From: Rhodospirillaceae bacterium
GTDB taxonomy: Bacteria; Pseudomonadota; Alphaproteobacteria; UBA6615
Reading direction: 5' to 3'
DNA: 64,000 nucleotides
Assembly (NCBI GenBank): GCA_018702955.1
Contig: JABJEK010000058.1
Location: 47,150 to 111,149 of the forward strand
Position 1 is the stretch's first letter; the number at the start of each line of letters is the position of its first letter. The notes beneath the pieces were generated by a model that saw only the letters and a program-made list of their open reading frames with translations, had not been told where the DNA came from and ran no database searches. The position numbers and the translations under genes are program-made. Shown here one piece after another: positions 18,199 through 28,625 of this stretch.

Positions 18199-19020
18199 AT
18201 GACAAGCACACCGCCCGAGAGCCCGAACACCGGCCGCGACCCCTACGCGCCCGCCGAAATCGCGCACATGGTCGAGAATATCGGGGTCCGGAAGGCGAAC
18301 CTTCCGCTGTTACCGCTGGTCATACTCGGTATTCTCGCGGGTGCCTTCATCGCGTTCGGCGCCATGTTTTTTACCCTTTCGATCACCGGCAGCACGCTGG
18401 GCTTCGGGCCAACCCGCCTGATCGGCGGTCTCGTATTCTCGCTCGGACTGATCCTGGTGATCATCGCCGGGGCCGAGTTGTTTACCGGAAACAACCTGAT
18501 CGTCATGGCCTGGGCGGACCGGAAGGTCACGAGCCTGCAGCTTCTGCGAAACTGGGTGATCGTCTATATCGCCAACTTCATAGGCGCCGGGGCAACCGCG
18601 GTGATGATCTTCTGGTCTGGCTCACTCGGCCTCGGTGACGGGGCCGTCGCGGAGACCGCCGTCGCGATTGCGACAGGCAAGGTTTCAATGCCGTGGTTCG
18701 AGGCCTTCGTCCGCGCCATTCTGTGCAACGCGCTGGTCTGCCTCGCGGTCTGGTTGTCGATGAGCGCGCATCGGGTCACCGGCAAGATTCTGGCGATTGT
18801 TTTCCCGATCACAGCCTTCGTGGCGCTCGGTTTCGAGCATTCGGTCGCGAATATGTACCTCCTGCCGCTGGGGTGGCTGCTCGGTGCCGAGGGGGTCACA
18901 TTCGGCGCGACGATCGCCAATCTGGTGCCTGTCACCCTCGGCAATATCGTCGGCGGCAGCGTGTTCGTCGCCCTGGTGTACTGGCTGGTTTATCTGCGGC
19001 CCGAACACCAGTCAGAATAG
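18199..19020 (+). CDS. Formate/nitrite transporter (FNT) family channel
   Basis: GAELFTGNNL, ILCNALVCLAVW, FEHSVANM and LGNIVGG motifs. Confidence 0.93.
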   Translation: MTSTPPESPNTGRDPYAPAEIAHMVENIGVRKANLPLLPLVILGILAGAFIAFGAMFFTLSITGSTLGFGPTRLIGGLVFSLGLILVIIAGAELFTGNNLIVMAWADRKVTSLQLLRNWVIVYIANFIGAGATAVMIFWSGSLGLGDGAVAETAVAIATGKVSMPWFEAFVRAILCNALVCLAVWLSMSAHRVTGKILAIVFPITAFVALGFEHSVANMYLLPLGWLLGAEGVTFGATIANLVPVTLGNIVGGSVFVALVYWLVYLRPEHQSE

Positions 19021-19126
19021 GCACGGTCCCGGCGGGCTCTGCCGGCAACCAAGGTTTTCTTAACCTAACCCGGTGATTGTGGTCCCTTGCCCGGCGCGCG
19101 AGCGCCGTTTGACGCGGGGACCGCAC

Positions 19127-20575
19127 GTGCTTGACCAAACCACACCAGACATCACCGGTCAGTCCACGACCGGCGAGGGACATGATTTCGACCTGATCGT
19201 CATGGGCTCGGGGCCGGCCGGTCAACGCGCCGCCATCCAGGCGGCAAAACTCGGCAAACGCGCGGCCATCATCGAGCGGCGAACCGTCGTCGGCGGGGTA
19301 TGCATCAACACCGGCACCATCCCGTCCAAGACCTTGCGCGAGGCGGCCATGCACCTGTCGGGCTATCGCGAGCGCAATGTTTACGGCGCGTCTTATGTGG
19401 TGAAGCACGACATCGCCATGTCGGATTTGCTGTTCCGCGCCGATCATGTGATCCGCAACGAGATCGACGTCACCCATCACCAACTCCGGCGCAACGGCGT
19501 CATTGTAATCGAGGCGACGGCCACCTTCGCCAACGCCAACACGGTCCGCCTCGATTATTTCGACACGCGAGGCGGACGCACAGTGACGGCAGACAGGATC
19601 GTCATCGCCGTGGGCACCGAGACCACCAAATCCGCCGACATTCCCTTCGACGGCCAGTCCGTGTTCACCAGTGACGACATCCTCGAACTGGAAGAACTGC
19701 CGCGCACCCTGGTGGTGATCGGTGCCGGGGTGATCGGCCTCGAATATGCGACCATCTTCGCCACACTCGGTGTGCGCGTGACCCTGATCGACAAGCGCCC
19801 GCGCCTGCTCGACTTCGTCGATGGCGAGATCACCGACGCGCTCGCTTATCTGATGCGCCAGAACCGTGTGACGCTGCGTCTGGGTGAAGGCGTGGAATCG
19901 ATAGCGGTGGAAGAAGGCAAGCGCGGCCCCCATGTCCGCGTGGTGCTGGAAAGCGGCAAACAGATCGTCGCCTCCAAGGCGCTCTATAGTGTCGGCCGTA
20001 CCGGTGCGACCGGTGAGCTCAATCTCGACGCAGCCGGCCTTGAGGCCGATGAGCGCGGCCGCCTGACGGTAGACGCGAATTACCGGACCAATGTGCCCAA
20101 CATCTACGCGGCGGGAGACGTCATCGGCTTCCCGAGCCTCGCCTCGACCTCCATGGAACAGGGCCGCCTCGCCGCCTGCCACGCCTTCGACGCGTCGGTG
20201 TCGGGCGTCGCCCAGCTGTTTCCCTACGGCATCTACACGATCCCTGAAATTTCGGTGGTGGGTGCCAATGAAGAAGAACTGACCGCCGCCGGCACCCCCT
20301 ACGAGGTGGGCAAGGCGTTCTACAAGGAAATTTCCCGGGGTCAGATCATCGGTGATTCCACCGGCATGCTGAAAATCCTGTTCCACGTTGAGACCCGTGA
20401 AATCCTTGGGGTCAGCATCCTTGGCGAAGGCGCGTCCGAGCTCATCCATATCGGTCAGGCGGTCATGGCCCACAGCGGCACGCTCGATTATTTCGTGGAC
20501 ACGGTGTTCAACTATCCGACCCTGGCCGAATGCTACAAGACGGCCGCCTTCGACGGCCTCAACCGGCTGGAATAG
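19127..20575 (+). CDS. sthA: Soluble Si-specific NAD(P)+ transhydrogenase
   Basis: GGVCINTGTIPSKTLRE (single Cys), GDVIGFPSLASTSMEQGR, GIYTIPEIS and FNYPTLAECYK motifs; GTG start assumed. Confidence 0.93.
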   Translation: MLDQTTPDITGQSTTGEGHDFDLIVMGSGPAGQRAAIQAAKLGKRAAIIERRTVVGGVCINTGTIPSKTLREAAMHLSGYRERNVYGASYVVKHDIAMSDLLFRADHVIRNEIDVTHHQLRRNGVIVIEATATFANANTVRLDYFDTRGGRTVTADRIVIAVGTETTKSADIPFDGQSVFTSDDILELEELPRTLVVIGAGVIGLEYATIFATLGVRVTLIDKRPRLLDFVDGEITDALAYLMRQNRVTLRLGEGVESIAVEEGKRGPHVRVVLESGKQIVASKALYSVGRTGATGELNLDAAGLEADERGRLTVDANYRTNVPNIYAAGDVIGFPSLASTSMEQGRLAACHAFDASVSGVAQLFPYGIYTIPEISVVGANEEELTAAGTPYEVGKAFYKEISRGQIIGDSTGMLKILFHVETREILGVSILGEGASELIHIGQAVMAHSGTLDYFVDTVFNYPTLAECYKTAAFDGLNRLE

Positions 20576-20592
20576 GAACTACCGTCAAAAGC

Positions 20593-20663
20593 GGGCGGGT
20601 CACAGACCCACCCCTACAGAGGACACCGGGAAACGTTGGTAGGGGCGGGTTTCAAACCCGCCC
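20593..20663. repeat. Second inverted doublet of GTAG-type REP-like elements
   Basis: GGGCGGGTCACAGACCCACCCCTAC (20593-20617, reverse) and GTAGGGGCGGGTTTCAAACCCGCCC (20639-20663). Confidence 0.8.
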
Positions 20664-20677
20664 ATTTCACAAACATC

Positions 20678-20749
20678 GTCATGCGCGGACTTGATCCGCG
20701 CATCTCGTGCGCCGGTCGACAAGATATCCGGGTCAAGCCCGGGTATGAC
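20678..20749. repeat. 72-bp palindromic intergenic repeat (GTCAT...ATGAC type)
   Basis: GTCATGCGCGGACTTGATCCGCGCATC...TCCGGGTCAAGCCCGGGTATGAC; similar copy at 22194-22266. Confidence 0.85.
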
Positions 20750-20763
20750 AGGTGGAGGCTAAA

Positions 20764-21345
20764 TCACCCGATCCCGAGCACCGGCTCCGTGCGCTCAAGG
20801 ATCAGCGGCACAATAATATCTTCCTCGTCATCCAGGTGACGGCCCAACCCGGCACCCAGCGCCACAATCCCGTCACGCGCGGCTGGCGCTGCCGACGCGA
20901 TATCGGCGGGTGTTTCTCGGATCGCGGCATCCAGCGCCACGATCGTCCCGTGGGCCGCGTGCAATAAGTCATGCACCACCCGATGATCGCCCTCTAGCAG
21001 TTCGATCCCGCGGCGCATCTTCTCGTCGGCCTGCGCCAGGGCGGGGAAGTAGTGATATTCCTCGACCTTGTGATGGGTGTCGATCTCGCCGAGATAGAAA
21101 TTCACCCGGGGCACGAACCATTCGTGAAACGCCGGGGCCTCGATCTTGCCGTCGGCGAGTTGCTCGCACGCATCGGCCAGTGCGGCCGAATAATCCCGGA
21201 ACATCTGGTGGCGTTGCAGCCAGAACTGGCACCACTGGCCGTTGTTGGGGTGCCCCTCCCAGACCGCGCGCGGGTAATCCGCGAGCAGGAACGCATAGCC
21301 CTCGGGCAGTGCGGTACGGCTGTTGAGCGAGGAGGCATCAGTCAT
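20764..21345 (-). CDS. Hemerythrin domain-containing protein
   Basis: RHQMFR, HHKVEE..YFP, LEGDH and HLDDEE metal-ligand pattern. Confidence 0.8.
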   Translation of the reverse strand: MTDASSLNSRTALPEGYAFLLADYPRAVWEGHPNNGQWCQFWLQRHQMFRDYSAALADACEQLADGKIEAPAFHEWFVPRVNFYLGEIDTHHKVEEYHYFPALAQADEKMRRGIELLEGDHRVVHDLLHAAHGTIVALDAAIRETPADIASAAPAARDGIVALGAGLGRHLDDEEDIIVPLILERTEPVLGIG

Positions 21346-21403
21346 GGATGCGGGGAATACACGAAGGCCCGCACCGAGGCAAAGACGGGACACTATAAAT
21401 TAC

Positions 21404-21430
21404 GTCATGCCCGCACTTGATGCGGGCATC
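21404..21430. repeat. Half copy of the GTCAT palindromic repeat
   Basis: GTCATGCCCGCACTTGATGCGGGCATC with compensatory stem changes relative to the full copies. Confidence 0.8.
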
Positions 21431-21514
21431 CACGTCTCTCAATCAGTACAATGGGCAACAGGTAGATGGCCGGAACAAATCCGGCCATAACCATATGTGG
21501 AACGGAGACAGGCC

Positions 21515-22168
21515 ATGGATTACAGGGTTTTCAACACCGACGAGATCGACCACCAGCAATGCTACCGGCTGCTGATCGGCTCGATCGTGCCGCGCCCCAT
21601 CGCATGGGTCAGCTCCATCGACGAGGCCGGCGTGCCGAACCTGGCACCCTTCTCCTTCTTCTCCATCGTCTCTCACTACCCGCCGCTGGTCTCGATGGCC
21701 GTCAGCGAGAAGACCCACGCCCCGAAGCACACCTCGGCGAACATCCAGGCGACCAAGGGTTTCGTGGTCCACACGGTCACCGACGATTTCGCGGAAAAAA
21801 TGAACGCCAGTTCGGCCAACTACGAGGCCGATCAGGACGAGTTCGCGGAAATAGGCCTGGAGACCGTGCCGTCGGACCTGGTGGACGCCCCGCGTATCAA
21901 GGGTTGCCCCGTGGCCATGGAATGCACCTTCGAGCAGGTCCTGAAGTTCGGCGACGAGTGGGTCACCGACCTGGTCATCGGCCGGGTCCTGCGCTGGCAT
22001 GTGCGCGAGGACCTGATGCTGGAAGACAAGTACATCAACCCCCACACGCTCCAGCCCGTGGGACGCCTCGGCGGCCCGCGCTACTGCCGGACCCACGATA
22101 TTTATGAGATGCAGGCGCCGTATATCCAACCCGACGTGGCCCACCCGAACACGCCGGTGACGGGGTAA
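21515..22168 (+). CDS. Flavin reductase-like family protein
   Basis: IVPRPIAWVSS, NLAPFSFF, VDAPRIKGCPVAMEC and VGRLGGPRY motifs. Confidence 0.9.
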   Translation: MDYRVFNTDEIDHQQCYRLLIGSIVPRPIAWVSSIDEAGVPNLAPFSFFSIVSHYPPLVSMAVSEKTHAPKHTSANIQATKGFVVHTVTDDFAEKMNASSANYEADQDEFAEIGLETVPSDLVDAPRIKGCPVAMECTFEQVLKFGDEWVTDLVIGRVLRWHVREDLMLEDKYINPHTLQPVGRLGGPRYCRTHDIYEMQAPYIQPDVAHPNTPVTG

Positions 22169-22193
22169 ACGCGTCAACGCCTGACTACACCTC

Positions 22194-22266
22194 GTCATGC
22201 GCGGACTTGATCCGCGCATCTCAGGCACCGGTCAACAAGATGCCAGGGCCAAGGCCCGGGCATGAC
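22194..22266. repeat. 73-bp palindromic intergenic repeat (GTCAT...ATGAC type)
   Basis: GTCATGCGCGGACTTGATCCGCGCATC...CCAGGGCCAAGGCCCGGGCATGAC. Confidence 0.85.
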
Positions 22267-22279
22267 GACGTTGGTTCAC

Positions 22280-22980
22280 TTAGAAAACATAGATACCCGA
22301 AAATGCCTGCTTGAGATCATCTCCGAGAGTAATTCTTCCTGTGTCAGTCGAAATCGTGATCTCCTTGTTGAGCAACACCAAATCGACTGCGCCAAACGCG
22401 CCAGCCAAACTACGAACAAAACAGATTGCCTCATCGCTTTTGCTGAGACGGCTGTTCAGAAAAACTACCGTAGACAAAATGCGACCGTGTGAGCTCACGG
22501 CATTAAGGAAGAAGCAATCTTGTTCCGGCCCGATCAGTCTCCGTGCCTTTTCCTGATAGCCTTCTGCGCCGAAGAAGAATTGGTTCAGAACAGATCTCAC
22601 TAACGGATCGTCTGACTCGATAATCGAATCGAACCCCCGACCCCGTAAAACAATCATGTTGGGCGAGAGATTCGCTTCCTTAACTCTCACCCCACTCCAC
22701 TCCTGCATCCTTACGGCCGCCGCCCTTACGCCAAACTTCTTGTATTCCTCGAAGGCAAAAAAACTGAATGCCTTAGGCGCGAACGCAATGTGCAAATCAG
22801 CTGTTCGGAAATAGACAATTTCCGAGTCAGATTGTGCGATCTGATTTGACGCAGGCTGTAATGTCGCCTCCGCACCAACTGAGGCCGACCAGAGGCCCAT
22901 GACAATCGCGCTGAACACCATCACCACATTCAAGAATATGTTTCGGTTTTTCCGGTCGGGTCGAAGAAACAAGCTTGTAC

Positions 22981-22984
<4 letters not shown>
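22280..22984 (-). CDS. Hypothetical exported protein, AT-rich
   Basis: 234-codon ORF with a signal-peptide-like segment; hand-counted GC of 45-48% on three 60-mers versus ~68% in a flanking gene; ATGA overlap with the upstream stop. Confidence 0.55.
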
Positions 22985-24672
<1,688 letters not shown>

Positions 24673-24720
24673 GAATTCTCTCCCCGGGATCTCTCTGTGC
24701 CGATTCATACCATAGCGGCA

Positions 24721-24760
24721 AAACAAAACCCCACCCGCGGCAGATCGCGGATGGGGCTCT
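24721..24760 (-). terminator. Rho-independent terminator after the selenoprotein gene
   Basis: On the minus strand: CCCCATCCGCG-ATCTGC-CGCGGGTGGGG followed by TTTTGTTT. Confidence 0.7.
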
Positions 24761-24786
24761 GGATCACTCGGAAGCTGTCGGTTCGG

Positions 24787-25431
24787 CTAGAGCGCCTGAA
24801 CGTCCGCCAGCGTCTTCTCCGGCTCCGGCCGGGAGGTGTAGTTCGGGTCGATGTCGGTCGCGCGGACGATGCCGCTGCTGTCGACAACAATCCGGCCCGG
24901 CATCGGCAGCGTCCAGCTGTCGTCGCCGTTCGTACCCGGAATGTCGAGCCCGAAGCCCTGGTAGATCTTCTTGACCTCCGGCGGGATCTCGAACTTGAGA
25001 CCGAGTTCCGACAGATAGCCGTGACCTGGGTCGGAAAGCATATGGAAATTAAGGCCGTGCTTTTCGGTCATGGCCTTGTTGTGCTCAACGAGCTGAGGGG
25101 TGATGGCGACCAGTGTGGCGCCGGCTTCGTCGAGGGAACTTACAATATCGCGCATAGCATACAGCTCTGCATTGCAATACGGTCACCAGTGGCCGCGGAA
25201 CACCGTCAGGACGACAGCTCCCTTGGACAGCAGGTCGGCGGAGTTGATCATCGCTCCGTCGGCGTTCTCAAGACTGAAGGCTGGCAACGTATCGCCGACC
25301 TTGATGGTTCGATCCAGAATGCCGGATTCGCGCAATTCCTGGGTCGCTTTGCCCATGGTCGCGCGGACTTCCTCTGGCATTTTGGCCGCACCCGCAGCGC
25401 TAATCGCCGCAAGCTTCTCTCCTAAACTCAT
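24787..25431 (-). CDS. Peroxiredoxin-like (AhpC/TSA) selenoprotein, 214 aa with Sec at the in-frame TGA 25183-25185
   Basis: The two track ORFs are in frame and join as FRGHW-TGA-PYCNAEL, matching the family motif RGxWCPYCN. Confidence 0.88.
25151..25181 (-). promoter_or_regulatory. Putative bacterial SECIS hairpin
   Basis: Minus strand CGTATTGCAATGCA-GAGC-TGTATGCTATGCG folds into a stem with a G-first tetraloop 15 nt after the UGA. Confidence 0.65.
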
Positions 25432-25570
25432 GAATACCCCTCTTTCTGATCGTCAATCGACCGACCCGAACCCTACACGCCAATAGGGGGACCGGCCAAT
25501 GGTCCACCCGTGACCGGGGAATCAATGACTTGTGACGACCGAGGCATAGACCTCCCGACAAACGGGATTA

Positions 25571-26329
25571 TCACGTGATGGCGTATAGACCGAAGGCCAC
25601 GGCCAGCAGGTTCACGGCGAGCACCGTCAGCAACACTTTCAGGGCGGTCGCAAAGGTACTCGCGGACATGCGGCGCAACACATAGCTGCCGACCAGCGTA
25701 CCGGCCAGCGCGGCCAGCAGCATCAACACGATAAGTCCCAGCCAGTCGGCGAAGGCGAAGCCCAGGAACCCGAAGGCGACGATCTTGAGCGCATGTTGCG
25801 CGCCCATGCACGCCGAATGCGTCCCGATCAACTCCTGGGGTGTGTAACCACGCTGACTGAGAAGCGCCGCCGCGAAGGGTCCGGTCGCGCCGAAAAACAT
25901 GGTCAGCACGCTCGACACCATCCCGACAACCACGATGACCAGATTGCTCTCACCGAAGAATTTCAACTTCGGACCCCAGACGGTGTAGAGGAAGAACAGG
26001 CCCAACGCACCGCGCAGGATATCCGGCGGCAGGGCGACGACGACACTGCCACCCACGGCCACGCCGACAACGCTGCCCATGGCGAACCAGACGAAGGTCA
26101 TCCAGTCGATATGGGCGCGATGGATGGTGCCCCGGAAGATGTTGGCCCCGAACTGCACGATGCCATGGATGGGGATGATCGCCGCGGCAGGCATCAGACT
26201 GGCCATCACCGCCAGCAGGATGATGCCGCCGCCGATGCCCATGGCAGCCGAGAGCATGTTTCCGACGAACGTTGCGGCGATCAGCGCTGCGGCGGCCGTC
26301 GCGTCGATGTCGGCAGGCAGAAATTCCAA
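25571..26329 (-). CDS. TauE/SafE family sulfite exporter-like membrane protein
   Basis: SAAMGIGGGIILL, PIHGIVQ and GATGP motifs; multiple TM helices; TTG start. Confidence 0.85.
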   Translation of the reverse strand: MEFLPADIDATAAAALIAATFVGNMLSAAMGIGGGIILLAVMASLMPAAAIIPIHGIVQFGANIFRGTIHRAHIDWMTFVWFAMGSVVGVAVGGSVVVALPPDILRGALGLFFLYTVWGPKLKFFGESNLVIVVVGMVSSVLTMFFGATGPFAAALLSQRGYTPQELIGTHSACMGAQHALKIVAFGFLGFAFADWLGLIVLMLLAALAGTLVGSYVLRRMSASTFATALKVLLTVLAVNLLAVAFGLYAIT

Positions 26330-26342
26330 GGAAACAGACTCC
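26299..26342. repeat. Degenerate direct repeat, copy A (5' end of tauE)
   Basis: TCGCGTCGATGTCGGCAGG-CAGAAATTCCAAGGAAACAGACTCC; matches 27000-27059. Confidence 0.7.
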
Positions 26343-26460
26343 GGGAACGCGGATTTACGGGGTGGGAAGATGGTGGTTGGCGCAGTTTAACGCGAACCCG
26401 CCTTCAACTGCATGCCCTGCTAACAAGGCCTACAGGGACTAGCCAGGCAGCATGAGGATG

Positions 26461-26862
26461 TCAGCCTTTCATGGTCCGCAAAATGGTTCGTGCGGCAACG
26501 ATAGATATGAAAACCCAAACAACCGCACGCAGGATCATCGCGCCGACAGTGCGCATCTCGTAGGCACCGCCTTGCAGCACATGGGCCGCGAAGGCCAACA
26601 AGACCAGAACCGTGGCTGCCAGAATGACGAAGGACAGCCAGACCGCCCAGCGCTGTCTGCGGATCAGCCCGATCCCGGCCACGACATAGGCAAACCCGGC
26701 CATAAAGTTAAACCAAAGCACAAAAGGCACCGCATCGCCCATCGCCGCACGGGCCTCGGCAGCGCCGAACAGGGCTCGTCCACCCGAAAGCACAGTCAAC
26801 GCGCCAAATGCCAGCGCCACGATGGCTGCGATCAACAAGCCGGTTTTTCGATTCGTAGCCAT
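26461..26862 (-). CDS. Small hypothetical membrane protein (4 TM)
   Basis: 133 aa hydrophobic ORF with VPFVLWFNFMAGFAY; AGGA RBS. Confidence 0.75.
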   Translation of the reverse strand: MATNRKTGLLIAAIVALAFGALTVLSGGRALFGAAEARAAMGDAVPFVLWFNFMAGFAYVVAGIGLIRRQRWAVWLSFVILAATVLVLLAFAAHVLQGGAYEMRTVGAMILRAVVWVFISIVAARTILRTMKG

Positions 26863-26999
26863 GTCTTGTCCTTCGCTCCTGAGTCAGTTTCGGCGCTTTT
26901 CCTGCAACTGAAGGACATATGCGCTGCGAGCACCTGTCAAGACCGGATCGCTCGACGACGCGTCCACACCTCGTCGGAGACGAGCCCGGCAGGCGTATG

Positions 27000-27059
27000 T
27001 CGCGTCGAAGTCGGCAGGGAAAAACGTCGGAGACAGAAATTCCGGGGAAACAGAACTCC
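27000..27059. repeat. Degenerate direct repeat, copy B (just 3' of the tRNA)
   Basis: TCGCGTCGAAGTCGGCAGG[15-nt insert]CAGAAATTCCGGGGAAACAGAACTCC. Confidence 0.7.
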
Positions 27060-27083
27060 AAAACCGCAGAACTGCGGAGAAAT

Positions 27084-27160
27084 TGGTGGGCCCGGCAGGA
27101 CTCGAACCTGCGACATGACCGTTATGAGCGGTCCGTTCTAACCAGCTGAACTACGGGCCC
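27084..27160 (-). tRNA. tRNA-Ile2 (CAU anticodon, lysidine-type)
   Basis: GGGCCCGTAGTTCAGCTGGTTAGAACGGACCGCTCATAACGGTCATGTCGCAGGTTCGAGTCCTGCCGGGCCCACCA: 77-nt cloverleaf with encoded CCA. Paired G1 rules out the initiator; C4-G69/C5-G68 favour Ile2 over elongator Met. Confidence 0.9.
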
Positions 27161-27271
27161 ACATGCGCGTGATGCGGGACTCCTATAGCACAGGCCATCC
27201 GTCCTTGAAGAGTGGCGACGACGAGGCCCAACCAGGCCCCGCCGCCGTACCGAAACGCGTCGCCGAATACC

Positions 27272-28393
27272 CTAGGGACGGCACACGTAGTAACAATTCT
27301 GGACGTCGTGGGAGAGCTCGTTCACCTCGACCGACCCGAAGCCCGCCTCGTTGAATATTTCGATCGCCTTTTGGCGGCCCCACATGGCGCCGAGCCCCTC
27401 ACCGTCCTTCTGGGCGAGCGAAACGGTCATGCAGTGCATGCAGGAGATCGTGTAGAGCAGCGTCCCGATCGGGTGATCGGTATTTTCATGCACATGGCTC
27501 GAACCATTGATGTCCTGGGCCATGTAGACCCCGCCCTCGGCCAGCGTCCGGCGGATTCCCCGCACCATGGCTCGAGGGCTTCCCTGATCATGGACCGCAT
27601 CGAAGGTGGTCACGAAATCGAAGGCTGCCGGCTCGGCGTCCGCGTCGAAAGTGGCGAGATCGCGCATCTCGAACCGGACATTCCCGAGACCGCGTTCTTC
27701 GGCCTCCGCCGTCGCCCAGGCCAACGCCTCGGCCGACAGATCAAACCCGGTGAACCGGCTCGCCGGGTAACGCGCCGCCATATCCATCAGTGCGCGTCCG
27801 CGCCCGCAACCCAGATCGAGCACGCGGATTCCCGACGCGAGCTTTTCCTGGATGCCGGGGATCAACGGCAGGATATGTTCCTCGAGCGCCGGCAGCACCG
27901 ACTGGCCGCTATCCTCGGCCATGATCTCGTGGAACCGGCCAAACCGCTCATAAGGAACGCCGCCGCCATGTTCGAAACAATGGACGATGTCGCCCTCCAC
28001 ACTACCCAACTCGGCGATATACTGCGCGAACATGGCCAGGTTGTTCGGGGTCGCGGCCCGGGTCAGACAGGCCCCATGCTCTGACGGCAAACGATAGGTC
28101 GTGGTTTGGCCATCGCATTCGACGATGCCGCTCGTGACCATCGCGCCCAGCCATTCACGCACATAGCGCTCATCGAGCCCCGCGCGCGTCGCCAGGGCGT
28201 CACTCGACACCCACGCACCGTCCTCCAGCGCATCGAACAATCCCGTGCGGTGCCCGACAGACACCATGAGGCAGGCCGCCCCGCCGTTGAGCATATCGAC
28301 GAACCGTTCCTCGAACGCCTCTGCGCGTGACGGGGAAAAGATCTCGCCGATGGGGGAGCCCCCATCGACCTCATGAATTTCTGCAACCGACAT
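27272..28393 (-). CDS. Class I SAM-dependent methyltransferase with N-terminal winged helix (Rv2258c-like)
   Basis: ERYVREWL HTH, VLDLGCGRG SAM motif, FDAVHDQ and SCMHCMTVSL motifs. Confidence 0.88.
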   Translation of the reverse strand: MSVAEIHEVDGGSPIGEIFSPSRAEAFEERFVDMLNGGAACLMVSVGHRTGLFDALEDGAWVSSDALATRAGLDERYVREWLGAMVTSGIVECDGQTTTYRLPSEHGACLTRAATPNNLAMFAQYIAELGSVEGDIVHCFEHGGGVPYERFGRFHEIMAEDSGQSVLPALEEHILPLIPGIQEKLASGIRVLDLGCGRGRALMDMAARYPASRFTGFDLSAEALAWATAEAEERGLGNVRFEMRDLATFDADAEPAAFDFVTTFDAVHDQGSPRAMVRGIRRTLAEGGVYMAQDINGSSHVHENTDHPIGTLLYTISCMHCMTVSLAQKDGEGLGAMWGRQKAIEIFNEAGFGSVEVNELSHDVQNCYYVCRP

Positions 28394-28432
28394 TGTTCCA
28401 ACTCCGTTTGGGTGATCAGGTCAGTTTTTTCT

Positions 28433-28450
28433 ATACTAACCAGTTGGTAT
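28433..28450. promoter_or_regulatory. Putative TetR operator
   Basis: Imperfect palindrome ATACTAACCAGTTGGTAT (14/18) between the divergent MTase and tetR; a weaker copy near 28575-28589. Confidence 0.55.
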
Positions 28451-28625
28451 TTTTAAACGCAAATAGGACTAATGAGTCAACGTGAAAAGTGCCGACATCA
28501 TACGAAAGGCGTATATTTCATGAGATTTCCGCGCAAATCGCGGACGAACGACCAGAACGCGGGCTTGCCTGTAACAAACCGTATAGTATATATTAGATAC
28601 AGGTAATTCGAACCGGCAGGAACAG

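Noticed and set aside
24787-25431. Peroxiredoxin-like gene as a pseudogene or two small genes
   Set aside because: The single stop is TGA at the catalytic Cys position and is followed by a SECIS-like hairpin, so Sec recoding is the better explanation.
25461-25510. Third REP doublet between tauE and the selenoprotein gene
   Set aside because: Only the CCCTAC...TAGGG arrangement and partial stems remain, which is too degenerate to list as a feature.
27084-27160. tRNA-Met or fMet call from the CAT anticodon
   Set aside because: There is no C1:A72 mismatch or triple G-C anticodon stem, and the acceptor stem has Ile2-type C4-G69/C5-G68 pairs.
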